A stretch of 64,000 nucleotides of DNA from a virus. Its lineage: Duplodnaviria > Caudoviricetes. Under the pieces are notes generated by a model, which searched no databases, was not told the origin of the DNA, and saw only the letters and a program-made list of their open reading frames with translations. Shown here one piece after another: positions 1-10,235 of this stretch; positions within the stretch are counted from its first letter, which is position 1, and every line of letters starts with the position of its first letter. A program made the translations under genes and the position numbers. The DNA lies in the IMG/VR virus record IMGVR_UViG_3300028603_000018, positions 128,001 through 192,000 of that record; one strand, written 5' to 3'.

Positions 1-356
1 GTGAACTTCTTGATGGCTTGCAACCTATGGGCGAAGGTTTAACTTCTCGCTCTCAATATGAGTTGGACGGTTATCGTTTTGTCTTTTATGTACTCATTCG
101 TCCTGAACAGTCTAAGATCGTCTCTGAGAGTAAAAACATCAGTTATACAGGCGCGTACTACTTCGGGCCTCTTCCGAACAACGTAGAGGGTTTAAAAGCC
201 CTCCCAGAGGGTGTTATCTATAACACTGTAGTTAGCTCTACTGTAACTACTGGTTTGGATGAAGAAGCGCTCAATAAAGTTATCAATACTGCTATTGACG
301 ACTTCTACGATAAAGCCAGTGTTTATGGTTTGACTGAATCTGCTTTGTTGGTTTAA
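1..356 (+). CDS. Hypothetical protein, 5'-truncated by the window edge
   Basis: The frame of ORF 18..356 is open back to position 3. It is followed by a hairpin plus T-run terminator. Confidence 0.7.
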   Translation, partial: ELLDGLQPMGEGLTSRSQYELDGYRFVFYVLIRPEQSKIVSESKNISYTGAYYFGPLPNNVEGLKALPEGVIYNTVVSSTVTTGLDEEALNKVINTAIDDFYDKASVYGLTESALLV

Positions 357-367
357 GTAATCATTCT

Positions 368-416
368 TAGGGAGTCTTTAGGACTCCCTAAGTTTGCCTT
401 TCTTTCTTTTTTTTTT
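368..416 (+). terminator. Rho-independent terminator (GGGAGTC/GACTCCC palindrome family)
   Basis: ttagggagtc-tttag-gactccctaa followed by a long T-run. Confidence 0.8.
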
Positions 417-449
417 ACTATAACAAAATAATTGGAGATTAGAAATAAT

Positions 450-465
450 CAATTACATATAACTA
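450..465 (+). promoter_or_regulatory. Putative phage promoter motif CAATTACATATAACTA
   Basis: The exact 16-mer recurs at 42026-42041. Related WYATATMAC motifs lie upstream of several operons and resemble the phiKZ TATATTAC promoter core. Confidence 0.55.
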
Positions 466-507
466 TTGTGAATAGACTTCCCCAATCCACTCATTCAAAG
501 GAAAATC

Positions 508-786
508 ATGGTACTGAACCTTACCTCAGAAGAAGTGAGTCAAATACAAACTGTCGTAGTTGAGGCAAATGTCGAAGAAAAAGAGTTATTGAATGAAACC
601 CTCCGCACAGCTAACACGCGGCAAGAAATTCTCAAGCTTTCTTTTAACGTCGCCACTTATTGCTCCCTTTACAATTGCAAAGCAGTAATTCTTAAAGGTC
701 CCAACCCTAATTCAAGTGAGTTAAGCGCTCAGTTGCGCTCATTAGGCATTCTTGCTTTATTCACTACGGATAAAGTTAAGGTATGA
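508..786 (+). CDS. Hypothetical protein, 92 aa
   Basis: AAGGA RBS, upstream promoter motif and downstream terminator. Confidence 0.75.
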   Translation: MVLNLTSEEVSQIQTVVVEANVEEKELLNETLRTANTRQEILKLSFNVATYCSLYNCKAVILKGPNPNSSELSAQLRSLGILALFTTDKVKV

Positions 787-793
787 TTATACA

Positions 794-831
794 GCATAAT
801 TGGGAGAGCTAATTGCTCTCCCGGTTTATGC
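794..831. repeat. 38-nt palindromic repeat, type A copy 1 (bidirectional terminator-like)
   Basis: gcataattgggagagctaattgctctcccggtttatgc. Near-identical copies at 15084-15121 (inverted) and 41950-41987. Confidence 0.85.
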
Positions 832-860
832 CTTTCTTTTTTTCTACTTAAGTAGTTATA

Positions 861-1727
861 TTAGAAATTTTGTTGTTGTTGACCAACACGCTCCACACCT
901 CGTGCATAGCCTTCACGGAGTGCTTGTACATCAGAGCTAATAGAATCAATAAAGCTTGTACGGAATGCTGGGTTAGCACCTAAGGTATTAATATTCCGGA
1001 GAATTCCTTGTGCTAAGGTATCAACACCTACACCGTATTGCATGATACCACCGAACTCGATATCTAGGTTACGGGTTTCCATTGCCGAAGTAATTTCACG
1101 ACGACCTAAGATATCGCCAGTACTACGTGGGAAAAGGTTAGTTACTAAGAAAGCTTGAACTACGTTTGCCCAGTGTGGATCAGGTTCAATAAAGAGCATG
1201 GTGAACGTGTAGTTATCTGGTAACCAGTCTGCGATGTTACGACCACCTGGGAGTGTAGACACACCTGCCACTTTGGAGTCTTCGTTCATCATCAGCATCT
1301 GGATATAATAACGCCAGAAACGACTCGTCGCCATCCCATATCGATCGATCCAGGACATGGTTACGTTAGTCTGAGCAATCGTCACGTTAGTGAATTCATG
1401 CTGGACCTGACCACCGCCACCAATAGCATGTTCAGCTGTCTCAACGGTCAGTGTAGCATTAAGACCGTCAATTCGCATTGCTTGTTCTTCTACTAGCTGC
1501 CGTAGTGTACCACGTAGAAACTCAGGCTCAGGACAATAGTCAAACCCTCGTGGCGCTTCCATCAGAATAGGAATGAGCGGACGACCAACGTGCGCAGCAT
1601 TACTAATCCAGTTAGGAAGGTTATTTGAATAACCCATTTGACCTGGTAAGGTTAAGTTTACCATGGGTGCATAGGCTAAACGAGCATAACCAACTCTGTT
1701 CTTCAGAATTTCTTCATCATTACGCAT
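861..1727 (-). CDS. Tail tube protein (phiKZ gp30-like)
   Basis: 288 aa directly downstream of the sheath gene. The YTFTMLFIEPD and NLFPRSTG segments resemble phiKZ-type tube proteins. Confidence 0.8.
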   Translation of the reverse strand: MRNDEEILKNRVGYARLAYAPMVNLTLPGQMGYSNNLPNWISNAAHVGRPLIPILMEAPRGFDYCPEPEFLRGTLRQLVEEQAMRIDGLNATLTVETAEHAIGGGGQVQHEFTNVTIAQTNVTMSWIDRYGMATSRFWRYYIQMLMMNEDSKVAGVSTLPGGRNIADWLPDNYTFTMLFIEPDPHWANVVQAFLVTNLFPRSTGDILGRREITSAMETRNLDIEFGGIMQYGVGVDTLAQGILRNINTLGANPAFRTSFIDSISSDVQALREGYARGVERVGQQQQNF

Positions 1728-1796
1728 TTTTCATTCTTACCTTGTTAACACTCCTCCCTTATTAGAGAGGAGCAGTCTGTTTATCTCGTTATTTAG

Positions 1797-3917
1797 TTAA
1801 GCCCGAACACCTTGATCGGCAGGAGCATCTACAATACGGAAGCCCTCAATCGAGTACGTACCGACAGTCTTCATAACACCTGCGTAAAGCTTGATATTCG
1901 TCTTCCAGCTAAATCCACGTTGTGCATCTCGACCAGTAATTGTCGACTCAGGAATAATAATGACACGATCATCGAATCGACCTACAACATTCTCACGAAT
2001 CTCTCTATCAATAGAGTCACAGAGTTGCTGGTCAGTCATCTTCGAAATACCGGTATGATTACGCCAGCTTTGCTCTGCTACAGTTTCTAGTTCAGCAACA
2101 ATGAAAGCATTGATCATGCTAGTGAAGATAGAAGTATCGTTAGGATAAACGGACTTATACGCAGGAATCATTACACGCTTAGTATCGTAGGATTGAACAG
2201 TCATCAGACCTGCATCCCAATCTTTGTTACGTGCAGTAATAGGCGTAAAGGTAACGTTGATCTTAGCAAACGTATCTACAATATGGTTAGGTGGCTCTGG
2301 ATTAGCAGTACCTTCCCAGAAACCATTACCTGCACCCATATAGGCAGCAAACTTAGAAGCCAGTTCAATAGTCAGTGGTAAATTACCCCGCCATTTATCT
2401 TCTAAGTACGTACCACTTCGACCCATGATGTGAGCGCGGAAGGTAGGCGTTCCAAATACGTTAGATTCAGGGAACATCAGTGCGCGAGTTCGAATAGAGA
2501 TCGCTAAGGAGTTCTCTTGAGAAGAAGTCAGCACTGGTCCTTGAATATCAAACGGCGTAAGGATAACGTTCGTATTCTTACGCAGAGCGATAAACTTAAG
2601 CATCTCATACTTCGTATCCAGTGAGAAGCCTGTATCATAAAGAACAGATTCTACGCGACGAGCAGTATCTTGCAGATGAGAGTTGGGATCACCATATTGA
2701 CTAAAGAATTCCCGAGCCAGTAAATCAAACGTCTGAGCAGTCATCGTACCATCACCACCACCACGAGCATACTGAACACTATTCTCAGAGAGAATAACTG
2801 CGTCAGCATTACTGCGATCGATTTGGTAGGAGTAATAAGGTACACCAGTAGAAGTGGTTCCACCGATAAAGTTAAAGACGTGTTCTTCATCACTACCGTC
2901 ATTACGGAAGTCAGAGAACAGAGCTGGCATTAAGTTAACTTCAGCTTCATAGAAATCTTTAACTAAAGTATCGATATAGTTCGTATAGATATACTCGTTA
3001 CCAAAAGGACCAATGGTATCTGGTAACTGAGGATCACCTTTACGTTCCCAAGCAGGAATGAATAGATCACCTACGAAGATATCTTGATCTAAACGACGTG
3101 AGTAAGCATCGACTTTAAAGCATCCATCAATATATTGTTCAGCTGATAAAGTTTCAACAATTTTTGGGAGCGTGTATTCATCACGACGCTCTAAGCATTG
3201 GAAGCGATATGGGTAAGCCCGTGCTTCTTCAATGATAGTTTGGTCTACTGGAATAGAACTACGAGTAGTAGGTGCATAAATACGAGCACCAATGTTATTA
3301 CCATAAGCACCAAAATCCGACACCCGAAGGTCACGAATTGGAAACTTACGAGATTGAGCGCCTGTAGATACATCGACTTGCGCACCGTTACCGATTGTAC
3401 CTTTACCAAACATGTCTTCATTAGTAACAGGATCTGGTAGAATCTCTTCTGCCACCATCATGACTTTAAAGCCAGGTACAGTATCACCCGTTTCAACAGG
3501 TAGATTGGTCACAGAGTCATAAACAATACTACCGTCTTCAGCATTACGTTCATAAAGCGGAATGTCTGTTTCTAATACGTCTAAAGAAATACGTAAAGTT
3601 GCTGGATCAGGAGCATCGGCAGGACGCAGTCGCTGATACATTTGTGAAGCGTTGCCACGACGCTGCATGGCGTTCGAGACGATTAAGTGGTGTTGCGCGT
3701 ATTTACTACGCACATCAAAAGTTTTGCTACCAAAGATAACTTCCCTACTTGCTCCGCTTGCTAACACACCCGTAGTAGGACCACGTTCTGCAAAGATGAC
3801 AGTCAGTGGGCAGTGAGTAGGGCGCTGTTCCGGCTCCAGTACAGGTACAGTGGTAGAACTGTCCTTAGTACCTTGTAATAGCGCCAGAGGCGTAGCATTG
3901 ATAATTTCAGTGCTCAT
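1797..3917 (-). CDS. Tail sheath protein (phiKZ gp29-like)
   Basis: 706 aa with FAERGP, G.YGN.IG, YDTGFSLDTK and a sheath-like C-terminus. Codon usage suggests high expression. Confidence 0.88.
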   Translation of the reverse strand: MSTEIINATPLALLQGTKDSSTTVPVLEPEQRPTHCPLTVIFAERGPTTGVLASGASREVIFGSKTFDVRSKYAQHHLIVSNAMQRRGNASQMYQRLRPADAPDPATLRISLDVLETDIPLYERNAEDGSIVYDSVTNLPVETGDTVPGFKVMMVAEEILPDPVTNEDMFGKGTIGNGAQVDVSTGAQSRKFPIRDLRVSDFGAYGNNIGARIYAPTTRSSIPVDQTIIEEARAYPYRFQCLERRDEYTLPKIVETLSAEQYIDGCFKVDAYSRRLDQDIFVGDLFIPAWERKGDPQLPDTIGPFGNEYIYTNYIDTLVKDFYEAEVNLMPALFSDFRNDGSDEEHVFNFIGGTTSTGVPYYSYQIDRSNADAVILSENSVQYARGGGDGTMTAQTFDLLAREFFSQYGDPNSHLQDTARRVESVLYDTGFSLDTKYEMLKFIALRKNTNVILTPFDIQGPVLTSSQENSLAISIRTRALMFPESNVFGTPTFRAHIMGRSGTYLEDKWRGNLPLTIELASKFAAYMGAGNGFWEGTANPEPPNHIVDTFAKINVTFTPITARNKDWDAGLMTVQSYDTKRVMIPAYKSVYPNDTSIFTSMINAFIVAELETVAEQSWRNHTGISKMTDQQLCDSIDREIRENVVGRFDDRVIIIPESTITGRDAQRGFSWKTNIKLYAGVMKTVGTYSIEGFRIVDAPADQGVRA

Positions 3918-4222
3918 GAGGTATTCCTACATTCAAATAAAAAAGTTATTATTTCTAATAACTGCTTGTTTATTGTCGTTATACACTAACTATTAGTTAA
4001 GTCAATAGATTTATCTAGAAATTCATCTATTTAAATAACATTAGTGTAGTTAATATTTTTTTAAAGAATGACATTTTTTAAAAAAGCAAGAATTATACTC
4101 CTTGCATAAGATTGCGTGTACATGCCGGGATTATTAAACTGCTTGTATCTTTTGAATTCGCTTAATAACTCCATTAAATTCCTTGTGGAGTAATAACATG
4201 TTATTAGTAAGGATCTAGAAAA

Positions 4223-5134
4223 ATGACCGTACTTAAAACGGCTTACGATACAACTATTGGTAAGTTGAAATCTCAAGACAATGCAGATGTAGCTATTAAA
4301 CAAGCTATTTTAACTGGTGAGTTAGGAGCTAGTGATAAAGTTAATACCATTATGCGTATTAAAAATAAAGCGATTGAGGAGATCCCAGCTTTATTATTTC
4401 CCCGAGTACTCCATGTCAATGAAGAAGAGCGTGTCTTTGTAGATATGCGTTACTTCACAACTCAAGGTATTGGATTAGCAGATATCAGGATTAATAACCG
4501 TCCTGAATTTGACTTTTCTAGTTATTGGGCAAGTTATCAATATCGTTGGATTTCTGAACGTCCTAGCAACCTAAGGATTATCTCTCCTATTGGTATGGCT
4601 GCTTACGCTAACTGGGTTAGTGATATGATCTCTAAACGACTGTCGTTAGATATTAGAGAGAGTATTCCTCTAAAAGTAATTACTGCTTACTACTACGCTT
4701 ATCAATTCCAAGATGCTGAGTTTAGTGAAGTAGAGAAGAATAACATCTTCCGTTTAATTAGTCGTAATCTTCATACACCTATTGATATTGTACTTCAGCT
4801 CATTGCTAATGCTGAGCCAATTAATAATCTTCAAGATTATTGTAATGCTTTAAAACAAATCATTGGTAGTATTCGTTTAGATAAACTCACGCCTGGACTA
4901 TTACTTTCATTAGTTCAAGGGTCTTGGTTTGGTGTTAATGCTAGAGAGATTATTGCTGTTGCTTTAGAACACCCTCCGACTTGGCTAGCTATCGTTACAT
5001 CAGCGCTAAATAATAGGATTTATAAATCTACACCTATTATGAAAGCAATTGAACGTTCTCTTAATCGAGTTAGCATCAGTGATGCAGCACTAACATTCAA
5101 ACGAGCCTCTGGTGTAGAAGCTCATTTTAATTAA
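4223..5134 (+). CDS. Virion structural protein (phiKZ gp28-like)
   Basis: 303 aa, divergent from the sheath gene, with an ALEHPPTW motif. Position matches the terminase-sheath block. Confidence 0.65.
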   Translation: MTVLKTAYDTTIGKLKSQDNADVAIKQAILTGELGASDKVNTIMRIKNKAIEEIPALLFPRVLHVNEEERVFVDMRYFTTQGIGLADIRINNRPEFDFSSYWASYQYRWISERPSNLRIISPIGMAAYANWVSDMISKRLSLDIRESIPLKVITAYYYAYQFQDAEFSEVEKNNIFRLISRNLHTPIDIVLQLIANAEPINNLQDYCNALKQIIGSIRLDKLTPGLLLSLVQGSWFGVNAREIIAVALEHPPTWLAIVTSALNNRIYKSTPIMKAIERSLNRVSISDAALTFKRASGVEAHFN

Positions 5135-5148
5135 GAAGATTTAAAACC

Positions 5149-7740
5149 ATGCAGAAATACGATTACTTAACTGACTATGTATTAAAAAATGTATGGTGCT
5201 CTCCTCGTTTAGATTATACCTTTGTTATTGAACCAAAAAGAATAACACATCGGTATGGCGAATGGAACACAGTTAACACAGGTTGGAGAATTGTTTCTTT
5301 ACCTAAAAAGTCTACTCGCTTTCACGTATTTCAATACGGTCAAATCTATCCCTTACTACTTAACTTACCTAACAGTAGAAATAACTGGACCCTCATTAGT
5401 CAAGCTTGTAATGAGCAAAATATGTTGGTTGATATCTATACGAAAGATGGTATCATGCTTCCTAGAACCAAGGCATGGTATCAGGTAACGAGAGATAACA
5501 ACTTAATTATGGCTATTGAAGAGAGTGATGTTATTGACGCTCCCTATGGTGATGAACCTATCTATTTTAGGTTCTATACCAATGCCTATTTTAGAAGTCC
5601 ACGCTCATATCCCCAATCACAAGCTGTTACTATCACTGGTAAGCGTATTGATACAGTTACTGAAATTGTCACGTATCAAAACCAGGTAGAAGCCTTGAGA
5701 TTACAACATGGTGCAGTGTTCTGCTTTGTTAATGGTATCTATGTGAATAGCATTACTCCACTAACAGCTAGAATAGGTGATGAGGTAGAATATGTTTACG
5801 ATAGCTCTATTAAGAAAATTGTTACATTTAAGTTAAGTGAACTAAAAGAATTTGAGAGTACTTTAGATAATCGAAGGAAGTTCCTTTTAAACTATCCTCG
5901 TGATCCTGGTGATGAACCTATTGTTGATTATAAAGATGATATTGACGTTTACTTAATGAAACGTGATTCACCTATTAGTAATCGTTATAGAGGTAGGTAT
6001 TATAGTCATAATAGTTCAGATTGGTTAAGAAACTTAACTCATCGAGATTATAGCATTCCCGTTCAACTCATCAATAGTTATATTCAAGCTAATCCAGAAT
6101 GGCCTAATTCAAACGATATTGAAATCCAACTCTTTATTAGGCACGGTGGATTTGATCACAAGTTAATTTTTGAAGATAGCCGTATCCACGAACTCTATAA
6201 ACTCAGTGATGAAAAGATTCCCAGAGCTATGGTAGGGATTGATTCTACTTTAGAGTATTGGAGAGCAGCACATTTGGAAGCTTCTTTCTATACAAAAGCG
6301 ATGGGTATTAAAATCACTGAAGTGGATAGGGAATTAACTGAAGACCTCTTAGGTTATAACGCAATCAGTAAAGTGTTAGGTGATACACCTAACTTACTTT
6401 ATCCTAAGATGGGTCCTATGGTGGCTGATGTTCCTTATGGACTTCAATACCAATGTACAGGTTTTGAGTATGATGATGACGGTAAGTTACTAGGTTACAA
6501 TCACCATACTGGAACGAGTCAGTGGCCTATTCGAAATGATGATGCTAAATTCGTAGAACTCATTGCTAACTATAGCGACCGTTTACTAGATGAGTATTAT
6601 GGTTCTCCTGAAGTAGCTATTGATCCTCTTTACGAATATCGTTGCTATACTTGTCCTATTATTAATGGTATTCCTAGTAATGAGTGGACTGATGTAACAG
6701 ACTCTGGTAACTATCACATTGATAACGATAATCGTTTAATTTGGTTAGTCAATCCAAATACTACCTATACATTAGTTCGTTCTAATCGACGTAATTTAGT
6801 GTATAGTACTTCTATTACACCTACTTCAGCCACTACTCGCTTTGCAATTAAACAACAGTCCTTTAGAGAAGGAGTGTTATTAGAGCACAATATGCAAATC
6901 CCAATGGGGGAATTAGATATTTGGCTAAACGGACATTCTTTAATTGAAGGTGTGGATTATAAGGTTGAGTTTCCTGAGGTAGTTATCATTGGTAAGAAGT
7001 GGTTAAAAGTCCCTCAAGATGGTCCTCAGGATATTACGATTCGCTTCACTAATTTTTGTGATTCTGACCTCAACTATAATAGAGCTGGGGATAGAGGTTA
7101 TGTCAACCACGGTGTTATTAGCCATAATGACGTTTTCAATATCTTAGATGATAAAGTCTTACGCATTATTATCGGTGGTAAGACTTACATGCGTCAAGAT
7201 GTAGAATTTGCTGAAGATCATGGTGGTGGAACTGATCCACATCCTTTAAATGGACAACCTTATTTTGTTAGGGATATCATTGTTCCTACACGAGGTTTAA
7301 CGGATCAAAGTGCTTATGAGTTAAGGGATAAGAGTTTAGTGATTGATCAAAAGGTGAGTGACTATATGTCTATTCATTTACCTAATCCACATTATGGAAA
7401 TCCTAACGCTGTACTTGAAAGGTATCCTGTTGTCTCACCGTTCATTAATATCATCCTTCATGACTTACGAGCTGGTATTTTAAACGATCCTCGTATTCAA
7501 GGTTGGTATACAGATATGGAGGTGAGGGAAATTGTTAGTGATTACGAAAGATATCTTATCTTTGATCCTACTCAGCCTGAGAATCAATTAGATCCTACTT
7601 ATGTAGTTTGTGTACCTCATGTATTTGACTATGTGGTAGAGGTCAATCTCTTTATCTACCGATTCTTAGATAGAGTAGTCAAGCTCTATTGTAATAACCT
7701 AATTCAACTTTCTCATTTCTTAAAGTTAGAAGAATACTAA
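5149..7740 (+). CDS. Large virion structural/baseplate protein (phiKZ gp27-like)
   Basis: 863 aa with N-terminal NVWCSP and LNGHSLIEGVDY. Assigned by synteny. Confidence 0.7.
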   Translation: MQKYDYLTDYVLKNVWCSPRLDYTFVIEPKRITHRYGEWNTVNTGWRIVSLPKKSTRFHVFQYGQIYPLLLNLPNSRNNWTLISQACNEQNMLVDIYTKDGIMLPRTKAWYQVTRDNNLIMAIEESDVIDAPYGDEPIYFRFYTNAYFRSPRSYPQSQAVTITGKRIDTVTEIVTYQNQVEALRLQHGAVFCFVNGIYVNSITPLTARIGDEVEYVYDSSIKKIVTFKLSELKEFESTLDNRRKFLLNYPRDPGDEPIVDYKDDIDVYLMKRDSPISNRYRGRYYSHNSSDWLRNLTHRDYSIPVQLINSYIQANPEWPNSNDIEIQLFIRHGGFDHKLIFEDSRIHELYKLSDEKIPRAMVGIDSTLEYWRAAHLEASFYTKAMGIKITEVDRELTEDLLGYNAISKVLGDTPNLLYPKMGPMVADVPYGLQYQCTGFEYDDDGKLLGYNHHTGTSQWPIRNDDAKFVELIANYSDRLLDEYYGSPEVAIDPLYEYRCYTCPIINGIPSNEWTDVTDSGNYHIDNDNRLIWLVNPNTTYTLVRSNRRNLVYSTSITPTSATTRFAIKQQSFREGVLLEHNMQIPMGELDIWLNGHSLIEGVDYKVEFPEVVIIGKKWLKVPQDGPQDITIRFTNFCDSDLNYNRAGDRGYVNHGVISHNDVFNILDDKVLRIIIGGKTYMRQDVEFAEDHGGGTDPHPLNGQPYFVRDIIVPTRGLTDQSAYELRDKSLVIDQKVSDYMSIHLPNPHYGNPNAVLERYPVVSPFINIILHDLRAGILNDPRIQGWYTDMEVREIVSDYERYLIFDPTQPENQLDPTYVVCVPHVFDYVVEVNLFIYRFLDRVVKLYCNNLIQLSHFLKLEEY

Positions 7741-7759
7741 ACCTCTAAAGAGAGTATCA

Positions 7760-9448
7760 ATGAGTAATACGCCTTTTCTTAACCCTCTTGGTATTGACGG
7801 GAGGGCTTTAGTTCAAGATCCCTATAGTACATGGAAGATATGGAACTATAGTGAGATTTATTTTGGAGCAGGGAGTCCATCCACTGCTATTTATATCCCT
7901 AAAGTCAATGACCTCATTCTGAATTTAGATGAAGGTATCTTCTATATTGTTCTTCAGATTGATCCCGTTAGTTATATTCCTGTAATTAAACGTTATGTCA
8001 TCAGCACGGCTTCCGAAGAAGATGGTAATGGACTTCTACTTGGTGTAGGCGTTGGTTCGGCTTCAGAGTTGAATCGTGTTTATATCAACAAAACCACTAT
8101 TCCTTATTCAGCAGTTGTCGATAGGAGGAAATGGGTGGGTGGATCTGATGCTGCCTATGCTATCGCTTATCGTGGTTCTCCTGTATCAGGTAGTCCTATG
8201 GAGGTCATCTCAATTATGTATGACACCAATAGTTCTACTATCTTAGGTAATGAGATTCCACTGGAGGATGTTACTGCACCTGGTTTTGCTAATTGTAAAG
8301 TTATTAAACCTTTCTATACGAAGGTTGATTTACAAGATAATGAGATTGTTACTATCATTGTTTATAATAATGAGAATACAGCCATTGAGCGAGGACAGCT
8401 ACTTGTTGAAAATACAGCCTGGATTCGAGATCAAACTGATAGTCTGAAATACATTGTCGATATCTTCTGCACTTCACCCTTCATTAAAGATACTGATCCT
8501 GATCTTATTGTCTATCCTCTTAATCTACCAAAGAACGCTTTAAACTTATTTGGTACAGTTCTTTATAGTGATGGTGAACAACGTACCTTACCAGTTAATG
8601 GTGGTAAGTTCTCTATGATGGGTCTTTCTGGTTTCGTAGCAACTTATCCTAACCAAACAGATGAATGGGTATTAAACTATCAATTAGATCAAAATGAGGC
8701 TGTTCATGGAGCTGTAGTGGGTCAACATTATTCCATGACAAAACCCTATCGCGTCAAAGTAACTCAAGTCCAAGGAATGTATTCTGTTAAACTCTTTGGA
8801 TTCCCTGTATGGATTAACGCAGTCAATGGCTACACTATGCGTTGGTTCTTATACAGTTTAGAGAGACAAGAGTGGTTTGATGTCACTCCTTACGTTCGTG
8901 TTGGTGCGAATAGCCCTGCGTTTGATCCTACCCTTTATGGTGTTAACCAACAAATTCAATGGGTAATTGAATTAAAAGATGTTGACCCTGTCTATGGTGA
9001 CTGGACTCATACTCAGGTTATTAATATCGCCTTAATGCGTCAAGGAACAGAAGTCATCATGCCTCGCTGGACAGTAAGAGATCAGGGTCAGGCTGAACCT
9101 TACGGACGTGATATTGAATGTCAAATGACTTTCATCAACCAGAACTTACGTCAGCTTAATTTTGGTTCTGGTTTAGCTACAAAAGCTCAATGGTTAGAAA
9201 AAGCGTATTATGAACTTAACCCGCTTTATAATTCCTTAGCTGAAACTAAACCTATTGAACCCGATTATATTAAGATTAGAACAGGGTCTGGTTTAGAGAT
9301 GGAAATCAGTGTGGATGATTGGAATAGTGATATTCCGACTAACCTTCCAATTGTCGCTAATGAAACCCTTTTCTTACATTTCGTAAAACGTACTGCTGAT
9401 AGTGAACTACAGTTAGCTGTTGGTGGGTGGTCTGTAAGACAACTGTAA
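7760..9448 (+). CDS. Virion structural/baseplate protein (phiKZ gp26-like)
   Basis: 562 aa, beta-rich, adjacent to the terminase. Assigned by synteny. Confidence 0.68.
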   Translation: MSNTPFLNPLGIDGRALVQDPYSTWKIWNYSEIYFGAGSPSTAIYIPKVNDLILNLDEGIFYIVLQIDPVSYIPVIKRYVISTASEEDGNGLLLGVGVGSASELNRVYINKTTIPYSAVVDRRKWVGGSDAAYAIAYRGSPVSGSPMEVISIMYDTNSSTILGNEIPLEDVTAPGFANCKVIKPFYTKVDLQDNEIVTIIVYNNENTAIERGQLLVENTAWIRDQTDSLKYIVDIFCTSPFIKDTDPDLIVYPLNLPKNALNLFGTVLYSDGEQRTLPVNGGKFSMMGLSGFVATYPNQTDEWVLNYQLDQNEAVHGAVVGQHYSMTKPYRVKVTQVQGMYSVKLFGFPVWINAVNGYTMRWFLYSLERQEWFDVTPYVRVGANSPAFDPTLYGVNQQIQWVIELKDVDPVYGDWTHTQVINIALMRQGTEVIMPRWTVRDQGQAEPYGRDIECQMTFINQNLRQLNFGSGLATKAQWLEKAYYELNPLYNSLAETKPIEPDYIKIRTGSGLEMEISVDDWNSDIPTNLPIVANETLFLHFVKRTADSELQLAVGGWSVRQL

Positions 9449-9451
9449 CAT

Positions 9452-9490
9452 GTCATAAATAAGAGAGCTAAATGCTCTCTTATTTTTTTC
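9452..9490 (+). terminator. Terminator hairpin
   Basis: aaataagagagc-taaat-gctctcttattt plus T-run. Confidence 0.75.
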
Positions 9491-9509
9491 TTTAGAAAAA
9501 AGGTCAGTA

Positions 9510-10179
9510 ATGAGTAAGGAACTGCTATTAATTAGTTCTACCCCCCCCCTCCCCTCCAGGCATATTTACTAAGTTAAAACCTGCTACTGACGTAAGATTC
9601 CATCTCCAGTCAGTTGATGGTGTAATCAAAGATGTCAGTTCTTATAACCATGTTATTAATAATAGTGGACATATTACTGTCGATAGTGAAGGGTTTATTA
9701 ATAACGGTAACACATCAGGCTTCTTAGAAATATCAAGTGCTAATTTTCCTTCTCTAATGCAAGACTTTACAGTAGAGATGAGAGTTAAAATTGCAGATTT
9801 ATCTAAACTATATCACCAAATGGTGGGTAACTGGACTAGTAGGAACTTTCAATTTACTTACCGTGGGGTTAGTGGTAATTATTTTGGATTTGAAGATACG
9901 CCTGGTTGGGTTATTTCCCCTTATAGTCCTGAATTAAATACTTATATGCATATAGCATTTGTAAGACATAATAATGTTTTCTTTTGTTATAAGAATGGAG
10001 TTAAAGCTCAGTTAAGTCGTTTACCTACAGACGAGGTTAGAAGAACTGAGAATATCAAGATATTCCAAGTTTATGGTAGTACAGGTTATTCCTTGATAGG
10101 CGGGTTGTATGATGTAAGATTTTCCCAGAGTGCTGTATATACTGATAACTTTGAAATCAACCCTTTACCCTTAGTCTAG
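9510..10179 (+). pseudogene. LamG/concanavalin A-like protein, frameshifted at a C9 tract (candidate phase-variable gene)
   Basis: ATG 9510 gives MSKELLLISST, then stops at 9570-9572. The +1 frame is open from 9532 to 10179. Removing one C gives 222 aa, collinear with the 223-aa paralog at 23725 (MSRELLITSS). LamG-like FTVE...HIAFV...Y.NG pattern. Confidence 0.8.
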
Positions 10180-10194
10180 TGCAGTTCACTATAT

Positions 10195-10233
10195 GTCATA
10201 AATAGGAGATCCTTTTGAGATCTCCTATTATGC
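10195..10233. repeat. 39-nt palindromic repeat, type B copy 1 (bidirectional terminator-like)
   Basis: Exact reverse complement of 24875-24913; one mismatch to 60086-60124. Confidence 0.85.
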
Positions 10234-10235
10234 TC

